Of a DNA stretch of 64,000 nucleotides, positions 47,660 to 56,372 are shown piece after piece. The notes under the pieces are model-generated. The model searched no databases. It saw only the letters and a list, made by a program, of their open reading frames with translations, and was not told where the DNA came from. The translations under genes and the position numbers were made by a program. Origin of the DNA: an uncultured archaeon (GTDB lineage Archaea; Thermoproteota; Nitrososphaeria; Nitrososphaerales; Gagatemarchaeaceae); assembly GCA_963817525.1 (NCBI GenBank), contig CAWFOU010000001.1, positions 64,001 to 128,000 of the forward strand. Reading direction: 5' to 3'. Every line of letters starts with the position of its first letter. Within the stretch, counting starts at the first letter, position 1.

Positions 47660-49240
47660 TCACCTTGCGGGCTTTACGAGGGCCTGGATCTGCTTTTGGC
47701 TCGTCTGCGCCAATTTGGTCATCCCGCCCGATAGGCTCTGGCTCTTGATCCCCTTGGATTGGAGGACCTGGGCCGCCCTGAGGGACGTGTTCCCCGACAT
47801 GCAGACGAGGATGGCCCTCTTGTCTCCGCTGGAGCCTCCCGCGTCGAAAATGGCCTTGAGCGACGGAGGGACCTCCTGCCCGGTGATGAGCTTCACGACG
47901 TCGCCCGGCGATGCCACCTTCACGGAGCTCTCAGGGACGCCTAGCGAGCTGGCGATCAGCCTCTTCCCTTCTTCGCTCGGGACGTATCCCATGTGCGTCC
48001 AGACCACCTCGTCGAACCTCCCCGGCTTGGCCCTTGCACCCTCGACGGTCACCTCTAGCCCTTCCTCTTGCTCCTCCTGGCTCTCCTCGGATTCCAGCAC
48101 GCGCCTGTACTTCTTCGCGCCGTCCGCCAGGACCACCACGAACTCCCCGCCGATCCCGAAGTTCACCATCTGAAGGACTGCGTAGAGCGCGAGCGCGCTG
48201 CTCTCGCCGATGTCGAACCCTCTCCTGACCATAAAGCCGAAGAGCCTCTTCGCCTGGTCGAAGTCGACCTCGTGCTCGCCCGCGTACCTCTCGGGCTCGT
48301 AGAACTTCAGCCCCTCGGCCTTGCCCTTGGTGCGTATACCCGCCACGTCCTTCCCCTCGGGCGGGAAGACCACATGGACGACCTTCTTGCCGCCGTACTT
48401 GGCCTGCACGTACCTGCTCAGGCCCACCGATGTCCCGCCCGTCCCGAACGCGCAGACGACGCTGCACTCCCCGAGCGAGTGCCCGAGCCCTCGCAGCTGC
48501 TGGTCGATCTCAGGACCCGTGATCGTCGCGTGGGCGTCGACGTTCTGCTCGTTGTCGTACTGCTCGGGGCAGTAGCCGCCGTATGCGTCAGCGAGGACCT
48601 TGGCGAGGTTGATGACGTCCTGCCTCGCGAGGAACTCCTCGATCCTGGGCCGCGAGGAGTCGAAGACCGCGATGTCGAGCCCTATCTCGGCGAACCTCTC
48701 GCGCATGGCCGTGGCCACGACCTTGGCGAGCAGCATGTTGGGGTCCATCTGCATGCCTGGAGCGGGGCAGACGTCCACGTCGAGGTCGACCGTCTTGACG
48801 TTGCTCTTCTCCAGCTCCTCGAGCACTCCCTCTTGCAGCTTCCTTGACACCAGCACTACGACCTTGACCCCCAGGTTCCCCAGGAGTCCAAGCGCTATCC
48901 CGAAGTTGCCAGAGGTGGCCTCGAAGACCACCATCCCCCTCCTCAGCATGCCCGACTTGATCGCCTCGTGGACGATCTGCGTGGCGGCCCTGCTCTTCAC
49001 CGAGCCTCCCAGGAGCGGCGCTTCCAGCTTCCCAAAGACTCGAAAGTCCCTGTCCGACAGGTCGAGCCCGTACTCGTCGCGCGCGCACTCCTTGAGCGCC
49101 TGCGTGATGTCTAGCAGCGGCGTCGGGTTGACCACCTCGCCCCCCTCAACGTGGGGGGTCCTGGCCAGTATCTGCTGCTCGAACGCCCGGAGGAGCTCCG
49201 TGTCGACGTCGGCGCCGCCCGCCTTGACGGGTGCCTGCAT
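47660..49240 (-). CDS. PLP-dependent cysteine synthase-like enzyme with C-terminal rhodanese-like domain
   Basis: GGSVKSRAA, EATSGNFG, FGTGGT. C-terminal LVCMSGNTS. Confidence 0.85.
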   Translation of the reverse strand: MQAPVKAGGADVDTELLRAFEQQILARTPHVEGGEVVNPTPLLDITQALKECARDEYGLDLSDRDFRVFGKLEAPLLGGSVKSRAATQIVHEAIKSGMLRRGMVVFEATSGNFGIALGLLGNLGVKVVVLVSRKLQEGVLEELEKSNVKTVDLDVDVCPAPGMQMDPNMLLAKVVATAMRERFAEIGLDIAVFDSSRPRIEEFLARQDVINLAKVLADAYGGYCPEQYDNEQNVDAHATITGPEIDQQLRGLGHSLGECSVVCAFGTGGTSVGLSRYVQAKYGGKKVVHVVFPPEGKDVAGIRTKGKAEGLKFYEPERYAGEHEVDFDQAKRLFGFMVRRGFDIGESSALALYAVLQMVNFGIGGEFVVVLADGAKKYRRVLESEESQEEQEEGLEVTVEGARAKPGRFDEVVWTHMGYVPSEEGKRLIASSLGVPESSVKVASPGDVVKLITGQEVPPSLKAIFDAGGSSGDKRAILVCMSGNTSLRAAQVLQSKGIKSQSLSGGMTKLAQTSQKQIQALVKPAR

Positions 49241-49329
49241 GTTTCCAGCGTCGGGGATGCCGCCCTGAATATAAGGCGAATGATTCGGCAGCGCAATCAG
49301 TTTATCAGCCGTCGCGCCCAGGAGCGCTC

Positions 49330-49407
49330 ATGGCAGGCCCCAAACCCGTCAATTTCATAGCCGACGACGCGAAGCTCGGGAAGAACGTCAAGGTGTGGCA
49401 CTTTTGA
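49330..49407 (+). pseudogene. Orphaned original N-terminus (25 aa) of the hexapeptide acetyltransferase
   Basis: MAGPKPVNFIADDAKLGKNVKVWHF*, host-like codons, TTTAT at 49301. Aligns with AKIGKGVSIWNL of the 50102 gene. Confidence 0.85.
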
Positions 49408-49446
49408 TGGCAGGGGCGCTAATATTCTCCTAACACTTCATGATGC

Positions 49447-50105
49447 ATGCCGTGGGTACTTGGGAAAGCAGGCAATCACCCAATTGGTCGAAAATCCAAC
49501 CGCAGGACGAGGAGGAAGATACTATGGTCAAATGAGGAAATCCGCAACCTGAAATCGTCGTATTCGAGCGAGCCGATTTCTGTGTTGCTGGAAGTCTTTC
49601 CATTGCGTAGCTGGCGTTCGATTTCGGCAAAAGCAATAACACTGGGCCTGAGGAGACCGCGTACCGCGCCGCTCAGCACCACATTGAAATCTGAAGGCGA
49701 CATAGGATTCTGGGCGGGAATGGTTATCGCCGACGGTTCAGTCCTTGAAACTTGCATAAGCTCGGGGACAAGAAGAGCGAGATCCGAAGGAGGCGGAGCA
49801 AGACCGCCAAGATATTATAGCATGCCTCAAGTCAGGATTTCGATGGAAGACAAAGAGTCCCTTGAGCGGGTAGGGCGATTGTGGGGCAGGAAAGTGACCT
49901 TTTGCCAGACGAGTTCAACTGGTAACAGTGTTTGGAGCGTCAAGTCGGTGGCAAGAAAGCGATGGAGTTGCTCCAGCTGATGATGCCATATCTAGCTGGG
50001 CCGAAAAAGAAAAAGGCTCTCTATTTGCTGCAGAAATACGCTGATAGGACTAGCTTACCTGTTAAAGTGAAAGATACCTTTTTTCCATTTAGTGGAATGA
50101 CTTGA
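49447..50105 (+). mobile_element. Single-motif LAGLIDADG endonuclease with N-terminal HTH; frameshift near 49941
   Basis: WSNEEIRNL...RSWRSISAKAITLGL, GFWAGMVIADGSV. The -1 frame continues QVGGKKAMELLQLMMPYLAGPKKKKA...GMT* to TGA 50103-50105. AT-rich. Confidence 0.8.
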
Positions 50106-50602
50106 AACCTTCGAGACTCGGAAAGGGGGCGGTGGTTGATCCCAGCGCGAAGATCGGCAAAGGCGTCTCAATTTGGAACCTGTCATACGTGGGATCGAGG
50201 ACTCGAGTGGGCGACAACGTCTCGATAGGCTCCCTCGCCCACGTAGACTACAACGTCTGGATAGGCGCCGACACCAGGATAGAGGGCTCGGTCTACATCC
50301 CCCCGATGACGAGGATAGGGAAGAACGTCTTCATCGGGCCTGCAGCGGTCATCACAAACGACCCCTACCCGATGAGCAAGAAGATGGTGGGCGTGACAAT
50401 AGATGACGGCGCCGTCATCGGGGGCGGTTCGGTCATCAAGGCTGGCGTCACGATAGGAAAGAACAGCGTCGTCGCGATGGGCGCGGTGGTGACCAAGGAC
50501 GTGGCCCCTGGGGTCGTGGTCCTGGGAGTCCCGGCCCGCGTCGTCTACACCAGAGAGGAGTATGACGCTAAGAAGCTGGCCTGGGAGTCTGGAAAGACCT
50601 GA
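50102..50602 (+). CDS. Hexapeptide-repeat acetyltransferase (WbpD/WlbB-like) with replacement N-terminus
   Basis: LbH repeats, FIGPAAVITNDPYP, GVPARV. TTG start overlaps the endonuclease stop. Confidence 0.9.
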   Translation: MKPSRLGKGAVVDPSAKIGKGVSIWNLSYVGSRTRVGDNVSIGSLAHVDYNVWIGADTRIEGSVYIPPMTRIGKNVFIGPAAVITNDPYPMSKKMVGVTIDDGAVIGGGSVIKAGVTIGKNSVVAMGAVVTKDVAPGVVVLGVPARVVYTREEYDAKKLAWESGKT

Positions 50603-50843
50603 GGTACAGCCGCGACATCGCGAACATGGCGAAGACCAGGAACGCTCCCAGCCCCATCGTGAGCGCTATCTTCACGATCGATGACGGGAGGCCTGCCTCG
50701 TGGAGGGGTGGGCCGAGCGGCCTGACGATCACGAAGAAGACATAGGTCTCCCCGAGTATGAGGACCCACGACGCGGCCACGACGAACAGCATCGCGATGA
50801 GGCTGGCGACGCTCCTGTCTATCCCGCTACTCATAGCAACCAC
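50568..50843 (-). CDS. Small two-TM protein
   Basis: Hydrophobic, follows the glycosyltransferase. Confidence 0.6.
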   Translation of the reverse strand: MVAMSSGIDRSVASLIAMLFVVAASWVLILGETYVFFVIVRPLGPPLHEAGLPSSIVKIALTMGLGAFLVFAMFAMSRLYLRSFQTPRPAS

Positions 50844-51886
50844 GTCATAACCGATGTGACCACCGAGAGGAGCGCGGCGAAGGCCGTTATCATGAGGATC
50901 CTGTTCACGAGTTTCCTCTCGTCTAACGGTCCACCCACAAGCATCATCCTCACCAACGTTATCGGAGCCCGGGGGTCGACCGAAGCGTGAAGCATCATGT
51001 CGTCTCCGACGAAGGTGGGCCTCGCCGCCATCCTCTTCCTCTCGACCAGCCCCCTCACGCTGGAGAGGGTGTAGTAGGAGTTCAGGACGGCAGGGATGAG
51101 CGCGACCAGCGCCGCGATCTCGATGCCGCCGAGGAACGACAGGATGACATACATCGCGCCGAAGGAGAGGGCGCCCGAGTCCCCGTCGAATATCTTGGAC
51201 GGGTACCGGTTGAAGTAGTAGAAGGAGGCCGAGACCGCCAAGAGCGGGAGGGCTATCGCCACAGTGGCCGCGGAGGTGCCGGGCAGCGCGTATGCTCTCA
51301 GGACTATCGCGACCACCAGCGCGGCGGAGACGATGGCGGTGAACCCCGCAATCTCGCCGTTGAACGCGTCGAGCATGTTGAAGGCGTTGGATGAGACCGG
51401 GATGGAAGCCACCACGATGAGGGCGAATATGATGAAGTGCGTCCCCGTCTCGGTGAACAAGGGGAAGTAGAGTATCGGGCTGTAGACGCTCGGGTAGATG
51501 TGCTCCGCCAGGGCCACGAAGACCCCGACCGCCATCAGGAGTGCCGGCTTGACCACCCCGCCCAGCCCTTTAAGGTCGTCGTAGAGACCAATGAGCCCGG
51601 CCGACAGGACCACCACGACGAGGACCAGCGGGAGCACGGTGCCGTAGAACGCCCAGGCGACGACCTCTCCCACCACCATCGCAGCTATGATCAGAGGCCC
51701 CGCGGGAGTAGGCACCCTGACGTCGCCCTTCTTGTGGGCGTCGTTGGTCGTCCTGCCCCTGGAGACGAGGAACGTGATGTATCGGGGCATGAGCAGAAAG
51801 ACGGCCGCCGCGGGGATGAGGAAGACGAGGAGCAGAGGGATGGCATCGCCCGCACCTGGAAGCAACAGTCGCCGCCCCCTCCACAC
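50831..51886 (-). CDS. UDP-GlcNAc:dolichyl-phosphate GlcNAc-1-P transferase (MraY/GPT, AglH-like)
   Basis: DAHK, GLYDD, NAFNMLDAFNG, FNRYPSKIFDGDSG. Confidence 0.88.
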   Translation of the reverse strand: MWRGRRLLLPGAGDAIPLLLVFLIPAAAVFLLMPRYITFLVSRGRTTNDAHKKGDVRVPTPAGPLIIAAMVVGEVVAWAFYGTVLPLVLVVVVLSAGLIGLYDDLKGLGGVVKPALLMAVGVFVALAEHIYPSVYSPILYFPLFTETGTHFIIFALIVVASIPVSSNAFNMLDAFNGEIAGFTAIVSAALVVAIVLRAYALPGTSAATVAIALPLLAVSASFYYFNRYPSKIFDGDSGALSFGAMYVILSFLGGIEIAALVALIPAVLNSYYTLSSVRGLVERKRMAARPTFVGDDMMLHASVDPRAPITLVRMMLVGGPLDERKLVNRILMITAFAALLSVVTSVMTWLL

Positions 51887-51992
51887 GAACCTTAAAGCCT
51901 TAGACGCCTTCGCGGGGCGAAGCGGACGAGGCCGGCGCCCTCACACAAGAATAAATATCTCTCGCGGACGGGTAGGACGCGACCAGCCCAAG

Positions 51993-52283
51993 ATGAACAT
52001 CAAAGATCTCAGGGACGGAATGAGGACTGTTGAGGCGGAAGGGGAAATAATCGACATATCGAGCCCGAGGGAGGTGTCCCTACGCACCGGAGGGCAGGCA
52101 AGGGTGGCGGACGCCACTCTGAAGGACGCGACAGGCACGATAAAGCTCTCGCTCTGGGACAACCAGATCGACATGGTGAGCAAGGGAGCGAAGGTGAAGG
52201 TCAGCAATGGCTACACCAATAATTTTAGAGGGGAAGTTCAGCTGAACATAGGCCGGTATGGAAAGCTCGAGATCCTTCAGTAG
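51993..52283 (+). CDS. ssb: Single-OB-fold ssDNA-binding protein
   Basis: MNIKDLRDG, DATGTIKLSLW, NGYTNNFRGEVQLNIGRYG. Confidence 0.9.
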   Translation: MNIKDLRDGMRTVEAEGEIIDISSPREVSLRTGGQARVADATLKDATGTIKLSLWDNQIDMVSKGAKVKVSNGYTNNFRGEVQLNIGRYGKLEILQ

Positions 52284-52528
52284 CGGCAGTGCCCTCTTCA
52301 TCCAATTGCGATTCGCGCAAAGCAGCTGATTCCTCTCCTCTCAGCTTCTATTGCTCTACGCGGTTTTTTGGTGATATCCAGAGTGCTTTATGCGGCCATC
52401 TATCGATCGGAGAGCCCCACGTCCGACATCTTCTCCGATGTGGCCGGACTGAAACGACCTGTGGTCTGCGATTTTGATTTCCTCTAGGCGCAGTCCTTCC
52501 AGCAGCATTATACGCACCTCACCCCGCG

Positions 52529-53083
52529 GTGGCCAGGGACATGGGCAGGACCGGCAAAGTCTACCGGCGCATTCGAGCCAATCTGACAGACAAGCCCACC
52601 TTCTTCAGTTGGGTGAGGGAGGGGAGTCTCGCGGCCTCCGGGCGGCCGTACTCGAAGCGCCAGGTGGACTGGCTCAGGAGCAACGGGGTGAGCGCCATCC
52701 TCAGCCTTACCGAGGAGCCCCTCCCCGCCGAGTGGACCCGGGGCATGGAGGCCCGGCACATCCCCATGAAGGACCACGCCCCGGTCAGCCACTCGGACAT
52801 GCTCCTGGGCGCAGAATACGTCTCCTCCGCGCTCTCCGAGGGCAAGGTGGTCCTCGTCCACTGCCTCGCGGGCAAGGGGAGGACGGGGTGCGTCCTCGCG
52901 GCGTACCTCATCGTCCGCGAAGGGAAGACCGCGCGCCAGGCGGTGGACGAGCTGCGCGCAGCCCGCCCGGGCTCCGTAGAGCACCAGCAGGAGCAGCGGG
53001 TGCTGGACTTTGGGGCGGAGGCCCTCAAGCGAAGGCCGTCAGCAGCCCCTCGACCAGAAACCAAGCCGCGAACCCGACCATGA
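52529..53083 (+). CDS. Dual-specificity protein phosphatase
   Basis: VHCLAGKGRTG (CX5R). Confidence 0.9.
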   Translation: MARDMGRTGKVYRRIRANLTDKPTFFSWVREGSLAASGRPYSKRQVDWLRSNGVSAILSLTEEPLPAEWTRGMEARHIPMKDHAPVSHSDMLLGAEYVSSALSEGKVVLVHCLAGKGRTGCVLAAYLIVREGKTARQAVDELRAARPGSVEHQQEQRVLDFGAEALKRRPSAAPRPETKPRTRP

Positions 53084-53651
53084 TTGCCGCGGAGCAGTAG
53101 GCTATCGCCGGAGCGAGCCGCTGGTACTTCCTCACCCCAGAGTGGACGAGCGCGGTGAACGCCAGCGTCCATGCGAGGATGCCGACGAAGAAGCCGGCAG
53201 CCACCGTCACGCCGTAGTCGGCCACCATGCCCGCCCCCACCGCCACCCACCACCCCAGCTGAAACGGGCTGGTCAGGCCCACGGAGAGGCCGAGGAGGAA
53301 CGGGAAGCGCCTCACCGAGGAGGACGACCACCTGCCCGAACTCGGCAGGGAGCCGGCCGGGAGGCGCACGGCCCTCCTTACGATCGTCAGGGCAAGGTAT
53401 AGCATGAGTGCGCCCCCTGCGAGGAAGAGGACGCCCCTCTCGCCCGTGGTGACGAGCCTGGCCACCCCGTAGTACGTCAGGACGAAGAAGACCCCGTCCG
53501 CAGCGGTCGCCCCGAGCATGACGAGCCACCCCGCCGACCAGGAGCGCGAGACGACCTGCTGCGCCGAAAGCGCCGTGACCGGCCCAGGAGGCGCGGCGAT
53601 CGAGAACCCCAGCGCAGCCCCGCTGAGGAAGATCTGGATGGCGTCAGGCGT
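53025..53651 (-). CDS. LysE family transporter
   Basis: LGFSIAAPPGP lies in frame upstream of the listed ATG. Probable start is ACG at 53651. Confidence 0.8.
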   Translation of the reverse strand, partial: TPDAIQIFLSGAALGFSIAAPPGPVTALSAQQVVSRSWSAGWLVMLGATAADGVFFVLTYYGVARLVTTGERGVLFLAGGALMLYLALTIVRRAVRLPAGSLPSSGRWSSSSVRRFPFLLGLSVGLTSPFQLGWWVAVGAGMVADYGVTVAAGFFVGILAWTLAFTALVHSGVRKYQRLAPAIAYCSAAIMVGFAAWFLVEGLLTAFA

Positions 53652-53822
53652 TCTGCCCCAACCCCAAGGGAGTCACTCGCCCGCCTCTACCCCCTAAAAG
53701 CATTGGCCAGGAAATGAAGAACCCCCCGTCCGCCCCGAGTGAGAATTCGCACGACTCCGCGGTGGCGCCCTTCGTGGCGATGTCTATAGCCTTAAATCTA
53801 TCAGGATGCCCTTATTGGAGTC

Positions 53823-53942
53823 ATGACCCTAGAAGACAAGGTAAGATACGGAGTGATGGCACTGAGCGGCGCGTCAATCGTCTTTGCGACGCTGGGCGTC
53901 CACGTCTCCCCCTTGGAAGTCATCGGCGGCTACGGCAACTAG
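53823..53942 (+). CDS. Unannotated 39-aa hydrophobic peptide
   Basis: MTLEDKVRYGVMALSGASIVFATLGVHVSPLEVIGGYGN*, with TTAAAT (53792-53797) and GGAG upstream. Confidence 0.65.
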   Translation: MTLEDKVRYGVMALSGASIVFATLGVHVSPLEVIGGYGN

Positions 53943-53961
53943 AGCCAGAGCAAAAACGGGC

Positions 53962-55113
53962 CTAAGGCCCTCTCTTGATCTGGAGCAACAGCTGTTCGAA
54001 CTTTCCGAGGACCTCGGACTGGTTGAACTTCCAGGACTTTGACTCGCTGTCGTAGAGCCTCGGCTCGAGGCCGAACGAGAGGCAGTGTGTCTGGTCCACC
54101 ATGAACCATCGAGCCTTTTCCCTAACGGGGAGCAGGGCGCGCGAGAGGAACTGCATCGCCTCCGAGATCGTGTCGGTCGGGAAGACGAGCTGCGCGTAGT
54201 AGCTGTTCCTCCCGGAAGCCTCCCACCAGAGGAACGGGAGGGTGTTGACGAGGCCCATCACGGTCGCCTTCTCGCCAGGGGTGACGTCCTTCAACATTAT
54301 GTCTATCGGCTGGTATGCGTGCCTCCTATGCTTTCCCCTGTCGTTCTCGGGGTTGTAGGCCGTTCCGATCCAGTTGACCTTGTGCCCCTTTAGCATCTGC
54401 TTGCCTAGCACGTGCTTCCTGTGATGGAAGCTCAACGTCTTGTAGTTGATCCCGGTCTCCTTCTGGACCTCCGAGAGGGGCTTTGTCTCGTCCCTCTGCA
54501 GCCGCTTGATTATCTCAAGGTCGATCTTGTCGACGTGGACCTTCGCCGAAGGCCCCTCCATCGGCGTGGGGTAGAGCTTCGCGGGCGTCGACCACTCGAA
54601 CTCCCACCGCCCCGCCTCGAAGTCGTACAGGTCGGACTTCATTGGGGCGTTCCTCGCCCAGTCGAAGGCTGCGAAGTCGACCGCTGTGAAGAGGCCCTCC
54701 TCCCCCAGGCGGCGCATCATCTCCATCCAGGCGCCCACCGACTCCACCGGGACCGCCCCGTGGACGATGTAGTGCCCCTCGGGCAGGGTCATCACGAAGC
54801 TCTGGACGTAGCAGAGCTGGCTCATCGCGGTGAGGATGGGCTCGGCCTGCTCCTCGTAGTCCTTCCCGAAGTCCACTATGGCGATAACCCTCGCGAGCCC
54901 CAGCTTCTCGAAGTTCACGGAGGGCTGTATCACGAACCCCTGCTTGAGGAGCTTCTTGAACCAGTAGCGTACGGACTCCTTGTGCTCCCCCATCCTCTTC
55001 GAGATGGCTGGGATGTCCGGGCCTACCTCGGTCACCAACTTGGCGAACTCTCCGATCTTCGCGTTGATGTCCCTGGGTTCGTCCTTGCGGGCCATTGCAG
55101 GTTCCGAGACCAT
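53962..55113 (-). CDS. Tandem Lrp/AsnC-like (two HTH plus RAM-like) regulator
   Basis: HTH1 AISKRMGEHKESVRYWF...FEKLGL and HTH2 DKIDLEIIKRLQRD...GINYKTLSFH. Confidence 0.75.
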   Translation of the reverse strand: MVSEPAMARKDEPRDINAKIGEFAKLVTEVGPDIPAISKRMGEHKESVRYWFKKLLKQGFVIQPSVNFEKLGLARVIAIVDFGKDYEEQAEPILTAMSQLCYVQSFVMTLPEGHYIVHGAVPVESVGAWMEMMRRLGEEGLFTAVDFAAFDWARNAPMKSDLYDFEAGRWEFEWSTPAKLYPTPMEGPSAKVHVDKIDLEIIKRLQRDETKPLSEVQKETGINYKTLSFHHRKHVLGKQMLKGHKVNWIGTAYNPENDRGKHRRHAYQPIDIMLKDVTPGEKATVMGLVNTLPFLWWEASGRNSYYAQLVFPTDTISEAMQFLSRALLPVREKARWFMVDQTHCLSFGLEPRLYDSESKSWKFNQSEVLGKFEQLLLQIKRGP

Positions 55114-55266
55114 GCGTCTGGTTCCATGACAAGTTGGTATTTAATCTTGTGTGAAATCTCAATAACTCTCTATAGGCACAATACTGTATTTCGGCAAACG
55201 CAGGCGTCTTGCGCCTCACGCCTATATGGAGGGGGTGGGCGAAAGCCACGTGCAGGTTGACTCGCG

Positions 55267-55848
55267 ATGAAGATCAGCAGGTTCTCGACCGTCACCCTCG
55301 TCCTCGTCTTCCTCTTCTCTTTGGGCGCGCTCTTCCTCCTCCCCCTCTCCCCGCGCCCGTATTTCTTCGGGATAGGCTCGCTGGGAGACCTCTTCGGCTT
55401 CCTCGCCCTCGCGCTCATCGCGGCGACGGGCGTCCTCATGCTCTTCAAGAGGAGCCTCGCCGGGTGGATGGGTAGCAATGAAAGGTTGTGGAGGCTCCAC
55501 GTCGTCATCGCCGGGGCGGGCGGGCTCTTCCTCGGGCTGCACGTGGTGATATTCCTCGTGTTCCCGCTCTCGCTCCCCGTCCTCCTGGGCTACGCCGCGA
55601 CAGGGGCTGCACTCTTCGTCTGGATCACCGGGGGGATATACTTCCAGGGAGTCCGCAACTCCATGTTCTCCCACGGGCTCCTCTCGATTGGCGCGATCTT
55701 CTTCATGGTCGTGCACACCATCGGGTCTGGGCGAAACATCCCCGTGGAGCTCTCAGGGATCAGCCTCGCCCTGACCGCCGTCGCGGTGCTCGCGGGGGTC
55801 ACCTGGAGGCTCGTGAAGGCCTGGAGGGCCGAGGGGCCCCTCGCCTGA
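55267..55848 (+). CDS. Multi-TM protein with His residues (ferric-reductase/cytochrome b-like)
   Basis: WRLHV...GLH and SHG...VHT His pairs in TM helices. Confidence 0.6.
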   Translation: MKISRFSTVTLVLVFLFSLGALFLLPLSPRPYFFGIGSLGDLFGFLALALIAATGVLMLFKRSLAGWMGSNERLWRLHVVIAGAGGLFLGLHVVIFLVFPLSLPVLLGYAATGAALFVWITGGIYFQGVRNSMFSHGLLSIGAIFFMVVHTIGSGRNIPVELSGISLALTAVAVLAGVTWRLVKAWRAEGPLA

Positions 55849-56329
55849 CGCCGGCTGGCTTCTCGTCGTAGCGGAACTCCATCTCCCAGGTGCGCTTCCA
55901 GCCTAGCTTCGAGTAGACCTTCCTGCCCATGAGGGATGAGTGCAGCACCATCTTGTAATGGCCGTTCTTCCTGCCCCACTCCATGGCCTCTTCCACTATC
56001 ATCGACGCGAGGCCCTTCCTCCTGAACTCAGGCCGGGTGTAGACGGAGAGGACGTAGGGCACCATCCCGTGAGGGTGGCCCGGCGAAGGCTGCACCCCGC
56101 GCAGCCACACTCCTCCGCTCGCGACTGGCCTGCCGTCGCTCGTCTCCAAGATGTAGACGTGGAAGAGCTCGCGCCTCATCATGTCCTTGGCCCAGGCCGC
56201 GTACGCCTCGTCGTGGAGGCGGAGCTCCTCCTCCGTGGGGCTGATCATCTCCTGAAACATCCTATGCCTGTGCTCGACGAGGAGCCCCACGTCCTTGAGG
56301 TTCGCCCGCCTTATCTTGAACTCCGGCAC
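55799..56329 (-). CDS. GNAT N-acetyltransferase
   Basis: YTRPEFRRKGLA, GRKVYSKLGW. Confidence 0.9.
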   Translation of the reverse strand: MPEFKIRRANLKDVGLLVEHRHRMFQEMISPTEEELRLHDEAYAAWAKDMMRRELFHVYILETSDGRPVASGGVWLRGVQPSPGHPHGMVPYVLSVYTRPEFRRKGLASMIVEEAMEWGRKNGHYKMVLHSSLMGRKVYSKLGWKRTWEMEFRYDEKPAGVRRGAPRPSRPSRASR

Positions 56330-56372
56330 GCCCGCTCTCCCGAGCCGGGATGCCGGGACTTTATCCTTGCGC

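Noticed and set aside
49407-49433. ATGGCAGG 8-mer repeated after the orphan stop (mini-ORF MAGALIFS)
   Set aside because: Too short to distinguish from chance, and not in frame with the endonuclease.
49405-50183. BHB-spliced mRNA intron (cbf5-like) restoring WHF-SYVG
   Set aside because: Exon-exon pairing exists, but I could not build a 3-nt-bulge/4-bp-helix/3-nt-bulge motif giving an in-frame junction. The duplicated N-terminus with its own coupled start makes splicing unnecessary.
51687-51992. N-terminal extension of SSB
   Set aside because: Overlaps the opposite-strand GPT gene. A TATA-like ATAAATAT lies just upstream of ATG 51993.
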